Shown here: piece by piece, positions 27,247-35,430 of the stretch
How the letters are laid out: every line of letters starts with the position of its first letter
Numbering within the stretch: position 1 is the stretch's first letter
NCBI GenBank assembly: GCA_903913865.1
Contig: CAIWMU010000214.1
Coordinates: 69,386 to 133,385, forward strand
Direction: 5' to 3'
Length of the DNA stretch: 64,000 bases
Source of the DNA: an uncultured Verrucomicrobia subdivision 3 bacterium
Lineage (GTDB): Bacteria > Verrucomicrobiota > Verrucomicrobiia > Limisphaerales > UBA8199
Notes under the pieces: generated by a model
What the model was told of the DNA's origin: nothing
The model's input: the letters and a program-made list of their open reading frames with translations, nothing else
The model's database searches: none
Program-made: the position numbers and the translations under genes

Positions 27247-28671
27247 ATGCCCGGCCTATTTGGAACACTGGATATGGGAACCCGCGCGCTGCAGGCGCAG
27301 CGCCAGGGGGTCGAAGTGACGGGCCAGAACCTGGCCAATGTCAACAACCCCGCCTATGCCCGGCAGCGCCTCATCATGCGCGCCAGCTCTTCCCAGTCCG
27401 GTTCCATGGGATCCCAGGGCACCGGCGTCCAGGCCGTCTCCATCCAGCAGCTCAGGGATACACTCAATGACAGACAGATCAGGAGCGAGACCAGCGTCTC
27501 CGGTTTCCTCTCAAGACAGCAGTCCGCCCTCCAGAATGGACAGGCGCTCCTCGGCGAAACTCTTCAGCAGGATCCCCAGACCGGCACCATCACAGGGGTT
27601 GCCACCTCCGGTTCCAATGGAATCCTGAGTCAGGTGAACAACCTGTTCAATTCGTTCCAAAGCCTTTCAACATCACCCGCCTCCCAGACGGCACGCCAGT
27701 CTGTCCTCAACGCCTCGCAGGAACTTGCGGCACGCCTCCGCTCGGCCAGCGGCAGGCTCTCCGATCTCTCGGGTAGTCTGAATGATTCCATCACGGCGGA
27801 CACCACAAAGACCAACTCGCTCATCACCGACATTGCCGACCTGAACAACCAGATCGTTCAGGCTGAAGCCGGCACCGGCTCCACTGCGAATGACCTGCGC
27901 GACCTGCGCCAGCAGAAGCTTGAGGGCCTCTCTTCCCTCGTCGATTACAACACCGCTGACAATCCTGACGGCTCCGTCAATATCACCATCGGCGGCAACC
28001 TCCTCGTCTCGGGCGGCGATGTCCTCGATACACTCCAGACCTATGATCCCGGCTCCGGAAGTCTGATGCTCCGCACCGCCAGCACCAACACACCGGTCAG
28101 CCTCACGGGCGGCAGCATCCAGGGCGCGATCGAGGTTCGCGATGGGGCCCTCAAGGATCTCCAATCCGGCCTGAACTCCCTCGCACGCTCCCTGATCACC
28201 GAGATCAACCAGGTTCACCGCTCCGGTTACGACCTTTCCGGCAATACCGGCGCCGACCTCCTCACAGGCACAAGCGCCGCCAACATCTCGGTCAACGCCG
28301 CCATCGTTGCCGATCCACGCAAATTGCAGGCAAGCGGCGATCCCACAGCCGCCGGGGACAACCAGACAGCCCTCGCCCTGGCCCGGCTCTCGTCCCAGCC
28401 CATCACATCCCTCGGCCAGCAAACCTTCGCCCAGCAATACACCGCCTCCGTCACAAGTCTTGGTCAGGCGCTCAACTCGACCAACACCCGCATCGACGAC
28501 CAATCGATCGTCCAATCGATGCTCCTCGCCCAGCGCGACTCCGTCTCCGGGGTTTCCGTGGATGAGGAGATGACGAACATGATGAAATACCAGAAGGCCT
28601 TCGAGGCGTCGGCCAGACTGGTCACAACTGTCAGCGAAATGCTCGACTCGGTCATCAACCTGAAACGCTGA
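27247..28671 (+). CDS. flgK: Hook-filament junction protein FlgK (HAP1)
   Basis: N-motif VEVTGQNLANVNNPAYARQ, C-terminal SGVSVDEEMTNMMKYQKAFEASARLVTTVSEMLDSVINL. Confidence 0.9.
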   Translation: MPGLFGTLDMGTRALQAQRQGVEVTGQNLANVNNPAYARQRLIMRASSSQSGSMGSQGTGVQAVSIQQLRDTLNDRQIRSETSVSGFLSRQQSALQNGQALLGETLQQDPQTGTITGVATSGSNGILSQVNNLFNSFQSLSTSPASQTARQSVLNASQELAARLRSASGRLSDLSGSLNDSITADTTKTNSLITDIADLNNQIVQAEAGTGSTANDLRDLRQQKLEGLSSLVDYNTADNPDGSVNITIGGNLLVSGGDVLDTLQTYDPGSGSLMLRTASTNTPVSLTGGSIQGAIEVRDGALKDLQSGLNSLARSLITEINQVHRSGYDLSGNTGADLLTGTSAANISVNAAIVADPRKLQASGDPTAAGDNQTALALARLSSQPITSLGQQTFAQQYTASVTSLGQALNSTNTRIDDQSIVQSMLLAQRDSVSGVSVDEEMTNMMKYQKAFEASARLVTTVSEMLDSVINLKR

Positions 28672-28682
28672 TTTCCAATCTT

Positions 28683-29618
28683 ATGCGCGTCACATCCAAC
28701 TCCTTCAACAACGCAGTCGTTGACCAGCTCAACCGGTTGTCCTCGAAACAATACGCGCTCCAGCGCCAGGCCGCCACAGGCCAGCGCATCGAAAACCCTT
28801 CGGACAACCCGGATGCGACCCGGCAGGTGCTCGACCTCAAGACGCGCCTCCAGACCCAGGGACAATACCAGAACAATATCTCCGCTCTTTCCTCGCAGGC
28901 TTCCGCCGTCTATTCCGCCATCCAGGGGGTGCAGCGTGCCTCCAACCGTGCCGGGGAAATCGCCATTCTGGCGGATGGGACAAAATCGCCGGACGAACTC
29001 AAGACCTACGCCACAGAGGTCAATCACCTCATCGAGCAGGCTGTTCAGCAGGGGAATACGAAATTCGGCGATACCTACCTCTTCGGTGGCACAAAGTCCG
29101 ACAAGCCCCCCTACGTTCTGGGCCACGATGCAGAGGGGCGTCCCACCAACCCGACCTACCAGGGAAACACCAACTCCGCCCCAACCGAAATCTCGGAGGG
29201 AGTCTCCATCTCGATCGCCCCACCCGCCGCGAACAGTTCCGGCTCGGGCCCTCGCGGTCTCCTTGCTGATGACCGCTCCGGTGCCGACCTCCTGAAGCAT
29301 CTTGTCTCCCTCCGCGATCATCTCCTCGCAGGGGATACCGCTGCAATCAGCAGCACGGATCGCCCCGCCCTGAGCCGTGATGAGGATAACATCCTTTACC
29401 ATGTGGCAGACCACGGTGCGCTGACTGCCCGACTTGAAGCTGCATCCACGGCGGCAACGGCCCAGAATCAATCAGTCCGGAAATCCATCTCCCAGCAGAC
29501 CGATGCCGATCTCGCGGACACCCTTGTGCAGCTCGGCTCTGTCCAGACCGCCTACCAGGCCGCACTCCAAAGTGCCGCCAAGCTCATGGGCACATCCCTG
29601 ATGGATTACATCCGGTAA
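28683..29618 (+). CDS. flgL: Hook-filament junction protein FlgL (HAP3)
   Basis: Flagellin-like N-terminus (MRVTSNSFNNAVVDQLNRL) and C-terminus (DADLADTLVQLGSVQTAYQAALQSAAKLMGTSLMDYI). Confidence 0.85.
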   Translation: MRVTSNSFNNAVVDQLNRLSSKQYALQRQAATGQRIENPSDNPDATRQVLDLKTRLQTQGQYQNNISALSSQASAVYSAIQGVQRASNRAGEIAILADGTKSPDELKTYATEVNHLIEQAVQQGNTKFGDTYLFGGTKSDKPPYVLGHDAEGRPTNPTYQGNTNSAPTEISEGVSISIAPPAANSSGSGPRGLLADDRSGADLLKHLVSLRDHLLAGDTAAISSTDRPALSRDEDNILYHVADHGALTARLEAASTAATAQNQSVRKSISQQTDADLADTLVQLGSVQTAYQAALQSAAKLMGTSLMDYIR

Positions 29619-29658
29619 AGCAAACACCCCGCCCTTGCGCGTGGCGGCATTCCCGCTC

Positions 29659-30522
29659 CTAGGCGTAAAGGACCGCCTTGAGATCCCGAACCATCACCCC
29701 GATGAACGGGTAGCGGCGCTCCGGATCGCGGTCAATGCACCGCAAAATCACCTTTTCCAGTCCCGGCGGCATCTCAGGATTGTAGCCGCTGGGCGGCACA
29801 AATTCCGAACGGTCCAACTGGCGGCGGAGAATCTCGCCAGGCGTCTCCCCGGGGAATGCCTTCTGGTTGGTCAGCAACTCAAAAGCAGTCACGCCAAACG
29901 CAAAAATATCGACGGGAAACGAAATCGGCTCCCCCTGCAATTGCTCCGGTGCCATGTAGGAGGGGGTCCCGGGATTCTTGCCTGACTGTTTTTTGGGCTT
30001 TTCAGGGATGGGCTGTGCCAGATCGAAATCAACCAGTCGCAGGCTTCCGTTGGGGGTCACCAACACATTCTCAGGCTTGAAATCGAGGTGCATGTAGCCA
30101 TTGTCATGCATGTGCTCCAGCGCCCCGGCCATGTCCAGAAGGATCTGAGCCACATTCTCCAGAAGCACCGCGTCGTGTCGGGAGTAAAGCTCCTTCAAAT
30201 TGGCCGCTTCCACATACTCCATCTGGCAATAGAGCCGCCCATCCGCCTTGCCGTGCTCATGGTAACCGATGATGGATGGATGGTCGCTGATGCTGGCAAG
30301 AATTTCGCACCCCCGCACAAACCGCCGACGCGCACCAAAGTCGAACCTGAAGCGCTCGTGCATCCGCCGGATGGCATACGACTTCCCATGGCTGTCCGTG
30401 CCCAGCCAGATATCCGCCATGCCCCCGCTGTTGATATGCTCCTGCAGATAAAAACGGCCAAACGGCCCGGGGGCGGGCGTTGCTGCACTGTTACTCGTTG
30501 AACTCTTTCCGAACACGATCAA
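29659..30522 (-). CDS. Ser/Thr protein kinase-like protein (kinase domain only, atypical VAIK and DFG motifs)
   Basis: HLDFKPENVLV catalytic loop, GTPSYMAPEQ activation segment, G-loop-like INSGGMADIW. The beta3 motif reads YAIRRM (Arg where Lys is expected). DFG reads DFD. Confidence 0.85.
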   Translation of the reverse strand: MIVFGKSSTSNSAATPAPGPFGRFYLQEHINSGGMADIWLGTDSHGKSYAIRRMHERFRFDFGARRRFVRGCEILASISDHPSIIGYHEHGKADGRLYCQMEYVEAANLKELYSRHDAVLLENVAQILLDMAGALEHMHDNGYMHLDFKPENVLVTPNGSLRLVDFDLAQPIPEKPKKQSGKNPGTPSYMAPEQLQGEPISFPVDIFAFGVTAFELLTNQKAFPGETPGEILRRQLDRSEFVPPSGYNPEMPPGLEKVILRCIDRDPERRYPFIGVMVRDLKAVLYA

Positions 30523-30647
30523 CCTTCTACCAGATTCATCCCATTCCTGCCATAGAATTGAGTGACCCGTTCACCTTCAACGCAAACCTTCCTCGAGAAG
30601 TCCACCTCCAACTCATTGGCATTGCCAAGCACTCCGGGGGATCTACG

Positions 30648-33095
30648 ATGGATTGTGTGACGAACCGCTTGCCATCGCGCCGCCGTGTGGATCAGGACAT
30701 ACCAAAAGGGATTCCTCTTCGGAACATCCCACCGGTGCCGAGGCTGTCCACTCCACCCCTCCTGATACGCGCTGGCCTTCTCATTCTCGGTCTCCTTCTC
30801 GCCGCCTCCGATCCCCTCCTTGGCCAAACGCGCCTGAAGCTGTCCGCCATCACCCCGGGAACTGAAAAGGTTCAGCTGGTCTATAACGGGGACTTCCAGT
30901 CCCAGCAGGCCGCCACCGGCGGCCGCTTCCTGCCCGCCAACTGGCCCGGCTCCCCGGATGTGGTCACAGGCGCGGGCTCCAACAGCGTGCCCCAAAACGG
31001 CGGCCGCATCGCCTGCGCTCGCGTGGATGGCGGTGCCGCCGCCGCAGGTGTCAACCGCACCCTGACGCTCAGCGCCAACACCAGCTACGTCCTCAGCGCC
31101 TACCTCTGGAATCTTGGCGATGCCACAAACCGCGTAAACACGGTTATCGACATGAACGACGTCTCCGGCGAACCGCAGATGGCGCTCGGTTCCGGTGATT
31201 CCGAGGCCGATCTTGGCTACTTTGTCTATCGAACCTTCAACACAGCCACCACGGGAACCAACGTCACCCTGCGCCTGTTCTACGACGGCTTGGCAGGCAC
31301 CGGTGCTGCCACCCGGTTTTATCCCTTCGCCGCCCAGTGGGACAACATCGCGATCACCCGGTCGGTCGATTTCATCGCCCCACAGACCCGGGCCTCCGGT
31401 GGCAACCTGCGCCCGACGGTCCGGGTCGAAAGCCCCGTTGACTCCACCACAGCCCTCCTCGCCTCGACCCCTCCGGTCCTTTCCATTTCAGCCACCGCCG
31501 GCGATTACGATGGATCCATCACGAACGTCGATTTCTTCGCCGGGGCAACACGACTCGGATCAACGCGCAACCCGCCCTACACCGTTCTGTGGACCAATCC
31601 CGCTTCCGGCCCCTGCGTTTTGACGGCTGTGGCGAGTGACAACCGGGGAGCCGCCACCCTCTCCGCACCGGTCGCCATCGTGGTCGCACTCCCCCGTCCT
31701 CCAGTGTCTCTCAGCATCGCCCGCTCCGGCTCCAACGTGCTCGTGTCATGGCCCACACAATCAACCGGACTTTTCCTCCAATCTGCCACCCTGACCGGTC
31801 CTACGCCTCCATGGCAACTGCTCACAAATCCAACCACCCTGAGTGCCGGGGTGAACCAGACCACTCTGCCCGCCCTGCCGGGACAGCGCCAACTCCGGCT
31901 CGGCCCGGATGTCTCCCCCTTCACCCTCGATCGCAAGCTGATGATGGGTTACCAGGGCTGGTTCGCCTGCCCGGGTGATGGCTCGCCGCTCAACCGCTGG
32001 GTTCACTGGTTCCGCAGTCAGACCCCTGTTGCAACCAACCTGACCGTGGACTTCTGGCCGGACATCTCCGAACTCGATGCCGATGAACTCCATGCCACGG
32101 GCATGACCCTCCCGGATGGATCCCCAGCCCGCCTCTACTCGGCCTTTAGTCAAAAGACGGTCGTTCGCCACTTCAAATGGATGAAGGAAAATCATCTCGA
32201 CGGCGTGTTTCTCCAGAGGTTCTCCTCGGAACTGTCCAGCTCCGACCTCCTGTTCCACCGGGACCGCGTCACTGAGAACGTCCGGGTGGGTGCTGAAACT
32301 CACGGGAGAATTTTTGCCATCATGTATGACATCTCAGGCCAGCCGCAGGCGACCCTCCAGCAGACGCTCACCAACGATTGGATCCACCTCATCACAGCCC
32401 TCCAGATCACCAACAGTCCCTCCTACGTCCACCACAACGGCAAGCCGGTCGTCGCCATCTGGGGCTTCGGCTTCACAGATCGCACCGGCACCCCGCAGGA
32501 CGCCCAGATCGTGATCAATTTCTTCAAGGCCGCCGGTTGCACCGTCATGGGAGGCGTGCCCACCTACTGGCGCACCCTCACTGGCGATTCCCAGATAGCC
32601 GCCACCTGGGCTCCCGTTTACCGGTCCTTCGACATCATAAGCCCGTGGGCGGTGGGCCGCTACGGCACCCAGGCCGAGGCGGACACCTTCAAGCAAAACC
32701 TTATTGTCCCGGATCTGGCTGAGACCAGGCTCCGGGGTATCGCCTACATGCCGGTGATCTTCCCTGGGTTTTCCTGGCGCAACCTCACAGCCGGAACCCT
32801 CAACCAGATGCCACGCAACGGCGGGGACTTCTACTGGCGCCAGGCCTGCAACGCGATTTCCGCCGGTTGCACGATGATTTATGGAGCCATGTTTGACGAA
32901 ATGGACGAAGGCACCGCGATGCTCAAGATGGCACCCACATCCGCCACACTTCCAACCCAGGCCACCCTCGTTCCCCTCAACATCGACGGCCGCACCCTGA
33001 ACAGTGACTGGTATCTGCGCGTGGCCGGAGAAGCCACCAAAATGCTCCACCGCGAGATTCCCTTCACCAACTCGATCCCCATAAAGTCGCCATGA
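30648..33095 (+). CDS. Secreted multidomain protein with C-terminal TIM-barrel glycoside-hydrolase-like domain
   Basis: Internal ATG 30648 precedes a TM/signal segment (LLIRAGLLILGLLLAAS). N-terminal carbohydrate-binding-like and Ig-like regions. C-terminal MMGYQGWFACPGDG...VAIWGFGF...YGAMFDEMDEGTAMLK pattern as seen in proteins annotated as xylosidase/arabinosidase-like hydrolases (from memory; family not verified). Confidence 0.6.
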   Translation: MDCVTNRLPSRRRVDQDIPKGIPLRNIPPVPRLSTPPLLIRAGLLILGLLLAASDPLLGQTRLKLSAITPGTEKVQLVYNGDFQSQQAATGGRFLPANWPGSPDVVTGAGSNSVPQNGGRIACARVDGGAAAAGVNRTLTLSANTSYVLSAYLWNLGDATNRVNTVIDMNDVSGEPQMALGSGDSEADLGYFVYRTFNTATTGTNVTLRLFYDGLAGTGAATRFYPFAAQWDNIAITRSVDFIAPQTRASGGNLRPTVRVESPVDSTTALLASTPPVLSISATAGDYDGSITNVDFFAGATRLGSTRNPPYTVLWTNPASGPCVLTAVASDNRGAATLSAPVAIVVALPRPPVSLSIARSGSNVLVSWPTQSTGLFLQSATLTGPTPPWQLLTNPTTLSAGVNQTTLPALPGQRQLRLGPDVSPFTLDRKLMMGYQGWFACPGDGSPLNRWVHWFRSQTPVATNLTVDFWPDISELDADELHATGMTLPDGSPARLYSAFSQKTVVRHFKWMKENHLDGVFLQRFSSELSSSDLLFHRDRVTENVRVGAETHGRIFAIMYDISGQPQATLQQTLTNDWIHLITALQITNSPSYVHHNGKPVVAIWGFGFTDRTGTPQDAQIVINFFKAAGCTVMGGVPTYWRTLTGDSQIAATWAPVYRSFDIISPWAVGRYGTQAEADTFKQNLIVPDLAETRLRGIAYMPVIFPGFSWRNLTAGTLNQMPRNGGDFYWRQACNAISAGCTMIYGAMFDEMDEGTAMLKMAPTSATLPTQATLVPLNIDGRTLNSDWYLRVAGEATKMLHREIPFTNSIPIKSP
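32990..33093 (+). repeat. Direct repeat copy 1 (104 bp): functional 3' end of the hydrolase-like CDS
   Basis: Hand alignment with 34837-34940 gives 101/104 identical. Confidence 0.9.
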
Positions 33096-34084
33096 GATCA
33101 CCAATCACCAAAACGACTCTCCCGGCTCGAAAAATTAACATAGTTCGCCCCCCAATGGGTCAGAAACACCCCGCCAAAGTTCACCACGATCCCGCGATTC
33201 CGCCTAACACAGCTTCCAGCCCAATACCCTTGCCCGAGAGTGAGGCGCGCCAACGAGCAAGGCGTAAGAGAGCTAAAGCTCTAGCCGCCTCGCTTGCTGA
33301 GTGGAAAGGTAGCACGGGGGCATTTGTTCGGCATCTCGATCGCCAAGGAGTTGACTACCTGTCCTTTTCACATGTCAGTTCCTTGGAATTTTGCCCCTAC
33401 CGCTATTACCTTGAGTTTGTTCGCCGTATCCGGCTCGTCCCCCAACCGGATTACTTTATCAAAGGCCGAATTCTTCATGAGGCACTGGCAAGGTACTACC
33501 GAGGCTTTGGGCGTGGTCGCGTCCCAACTCCTGACATGCTTCACAAATTCATCGACCGCCACAATCGCGCAGATGGGAGCCAACTGAAGAACGCGATAAC
33601 ACTCGCCATTCAAAATGTTCGGCAGGGCTGGGAAGTTGTGGCGGTTGAGAAGCCCTTCATAACGGACCTCGGGGGCAGCCTGCCTCCATGCTTGGGTGTG
33701 GTTGATCTTATCCTCCGCAAAAACAATTGCTACGCGGTGGTGGATCACAAATCGTCTCGAAGGTTTACGGACGACGATGCGGATGGATTACAGCTCGAAA
33801 TCTACCGTAACTTTGTTCGCCAATCCTACAAGGCTGAGGTTTGTATGGCTTTCTATGATGAATACCGCTGGGTTGATGACTTGGGGCGGATCAGGAAGCC
33901 CGCTTTTCGGAGAGTCCTTTTAGAATATAACCTGCAGGAGTGGGAATCAGTATTGAACCGTCTTGTCAGGGCGCACGAGGAAATGCTCGCGATTCGAAAG
34001 GGTGGAAGAGCATCAGGCTCGGGGAATTGCTATATGTGCCCCTTCAAAGTGCGATGCCCAAAGGCGTCCACTTCAAGGTGGTAA
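33092..34084 (+). CDS. Cas4/RecB-like PD-(D/E)XK nuclease with four-Cys (Fe-S type) motif
   Basis: N-terminal Cys (SLEFCPYRYYL) plus C-terminal CYMCPFKVRC. GRILHEAL. D...D-x-K core (GVVDLIL...YAVVDHKSS). QLEIY (QxxxY). The ATG overlaps the upstream TGA. ATG 33155 is a possible alternative start. Confidence 0.75.
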   Translation: MRSPITKTTLPARKINIVRPPMGQKHPAKVHHDPAIPPNTASSPIPLPESEARQRARRKRAKALAASLAEWKGSTGAFVRHLDRQGVDYLSFSHVSSLEFCPYRYYLEFVRRIRLVPQPDYFIKGRILHEALARYYRGFGRGRVPTPDMLHKFIDRHNRADGSQLKNAITLAIQNVRQGWEVVAVEKPFITDLGGSLPPCLGVVDLILRKNNCYAVVDHKSSRRFTDDDADGLQLEIYRNFVRQSYKAEVCMAFYDEYRWVDDLGRIRKPAFRRVLLEYNLQEWESVLNRLVRAHEEMLAIRKGGRASGSGNCYMCPFKVRCPKASTSRW

Positions 34085-34197
34085 AGCTGTATTTTATCCT
34101 TAATCAGAATCATGGCAGAAGGAAGCCGGGCCAGGTTGAACCAGTTCTTGTATCCAATGAACCAATCCAGTAGTCTTCACCATACAACCGTCAAAAC

Positions 34198-34818
34198 ATG
34201 AAAAAGAAGAAAAATGTTTTTTGTCTTGAAGGAGACTGGTGGAATAACCTTTTAAAGCCATCGACAGTTGAGCCTATCCTGAACCTCCTCGCAAAAGCAG
34301 ACGGATACCGCTTCAAGTATATTCACCGGAATGTATCCAACCGTCCTACGTTTGATCAATTCGTCACAAAGTGGACAAAAAAGCAGTTCAATGATTATCC
34401 GATTCTGTATCTCGCATTCCATGGCGCAGAAGGCCAATTAGAGGTCGGGGCTAATAGTCATCCGGAAAACACCGTGGATCTCAAGGAACTCGGAGACCTA
34501 CTTGAAGGAAAATGTGAGGGTAGGGTGATTGTCTTTGGAAGTTGTAAAACGGTGGGGGTCCATGGATCGCACCTCAATACATTCCTCAAAAGGACCCGTG
34601 CTTTGGCGGTATGTGGCTACGTTCGCACAGTCGATTGGGTTCTCTCTACAGCATTCGAGTTGATCCTAATGGAGTTCCTTCAACGTAACGCCCTGACAAG
34701 TGCAGGACTCGGTGCGGTTCAGAAAAAGATCAATAAAATGATCAAAACTACCAGCAAGACACTTGGTTTCAGAATGGTCATTAAGCCCCGCCCAAAAACG
34801 AGGACCAAGGGTCGATGA
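34198..34818 (+). CDS. Uncharacterised 206-aa protein with caspase/CHAT-like His...Cys strand-end pattern
   Basis: Hydrophobic strand plus HG (PILYLAFHGAEG) and hydrophobic strand plus SC (RVIVFGSCKT). Lys-rich tail. Very AT-rich codons relative to the window. No signal peptide. Confidence 0.6.
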   Translation: MKKKKNVFCLEGDWWNNLLKPSTVEPILNLLAKADGYRFKYIHRNVSNRPTFDQFVTKWTKKQFNDYPILYLAFHGAEGQLEVGANSHPENTVDLKELGDLLEGKCEGRVIVFGSCKTVGVHGSHLNTFLKRTRALAVCGYVRTVDWVLSTAFELILMEFLQRNALTSAGLGAVQKKINKMIKTTSKTLGFRMVIKPRPKTRTKGR

Positions 34819-34836
34819 TAGGTAATCCATTAACAA

Positions 34837-34940
34837 CCGCACCCTGAACAATGACTGGTATCTGCGCGTGGCCGGAGAAGCCACCAAAATGCTCCACCGC
34901 GAGATCCCCTTCACCCACTCGATCCCCATAAAGTCGCCAT
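34837..34940 (+). repeat. Direct repeat copy 2: orphan duplicate of the hydrolase gene's last 34 codons, ending in TAG
   Basis: RTLNNDWYLRVAGEATKMLHREIPFTHSIPIKSP* versus RTLNSDWYLRVAGEATKMLHREIPFTNSIPIKSP* in copy 1. Confidence 0.9.
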
Positions 34941-35051
34941 AGGGAAATTCTCCCTGCCATCAAAGCACCCCCTCCCCAAAATCCGAACAGGCTGCCCCAA
35001 GCCCGCTGACCTCGAACCCTTTCCGGATTCAACGCTGCGGGAATTCCCACC

Positions 35052-35160
35052 CCCAAGCCGGAGGCTTGAAAGCTTGTAGCCGGTGGTTGAGGAGCCACGC
35101 GACGACACCACCGGTCAACGACCAATACGAACCCCGACCCCGGCAGGGGTCGCAGCGCAC
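35052..35160 (+). repeat. Degenerate repeat, copy A (core CCAAGCCGGAGG...GCCGGTGGTTG...GGTCGCAGCGCA)
   Basis: Shares ordered blocks with 35341-35430. A partial inverted core (TCAACCACCGGC) sits at 35485-35496. Confidence 0.5.
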
Positions 35161-35340
35161 TGTGCCGGAAACACAGTGCGAATTCATTTGCGACGTGTTA
35201 CACAAACCAACTGGCTCCCATTCTGAGCCCCGCTGCCGGGTCCGGACGATTTCCGCTGCGGACCTGGGGCGTTGCTCTCGCTCACCCCCTCGCTTACAGG
35301 CTGGCACCCCCTCCCCTGGGAACCGGGAATGCCCGATGCA

Positions 35341-35430
35341 CCAAGCCGAAGGAAGGTGCCAGGTTGCAGCCGGTGGTTGGGCGCGGGGACACGACCGAAG
35401 CGCAACCGATCCAGAAGGGATCGCAGCGCA
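35341..35430 (+). repeat. Degenerate repeat, copy B
   Basis: CCAAGCCGAAGG...GCAGCCGGTGGTTGG...GGATCGCAGCGCA, in the same block order as copy A. Confidence 0.5.

Larger units (their letters stand above)
32990..34940 (+). mobile_element. Putative inserted cassette (about 1.95 kb including both repeats), no recombinase gene
   Basis: 104-bp direct repeats bracket two AT-richer genes. The orphan copy of the target gene's tail lies downstream. Confidence 0.5.

Noticed and set aside
29619-29658. Terminator between the convergent flgL and kinase genes.
   Set aside because: Only a 5-bp GC stem (CCGCC...GGCGG) with a long loop and no T-tract; too weak to call.
30480-30647. Upstream extension of the hydrolase-like ORF, overlapping the divergent kinase gene.
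   Set aside because: It would overlap the kinase start on the opposite strand. ATG 30648 precedes the basic-plus-hydrophobic signal/anchor segment.
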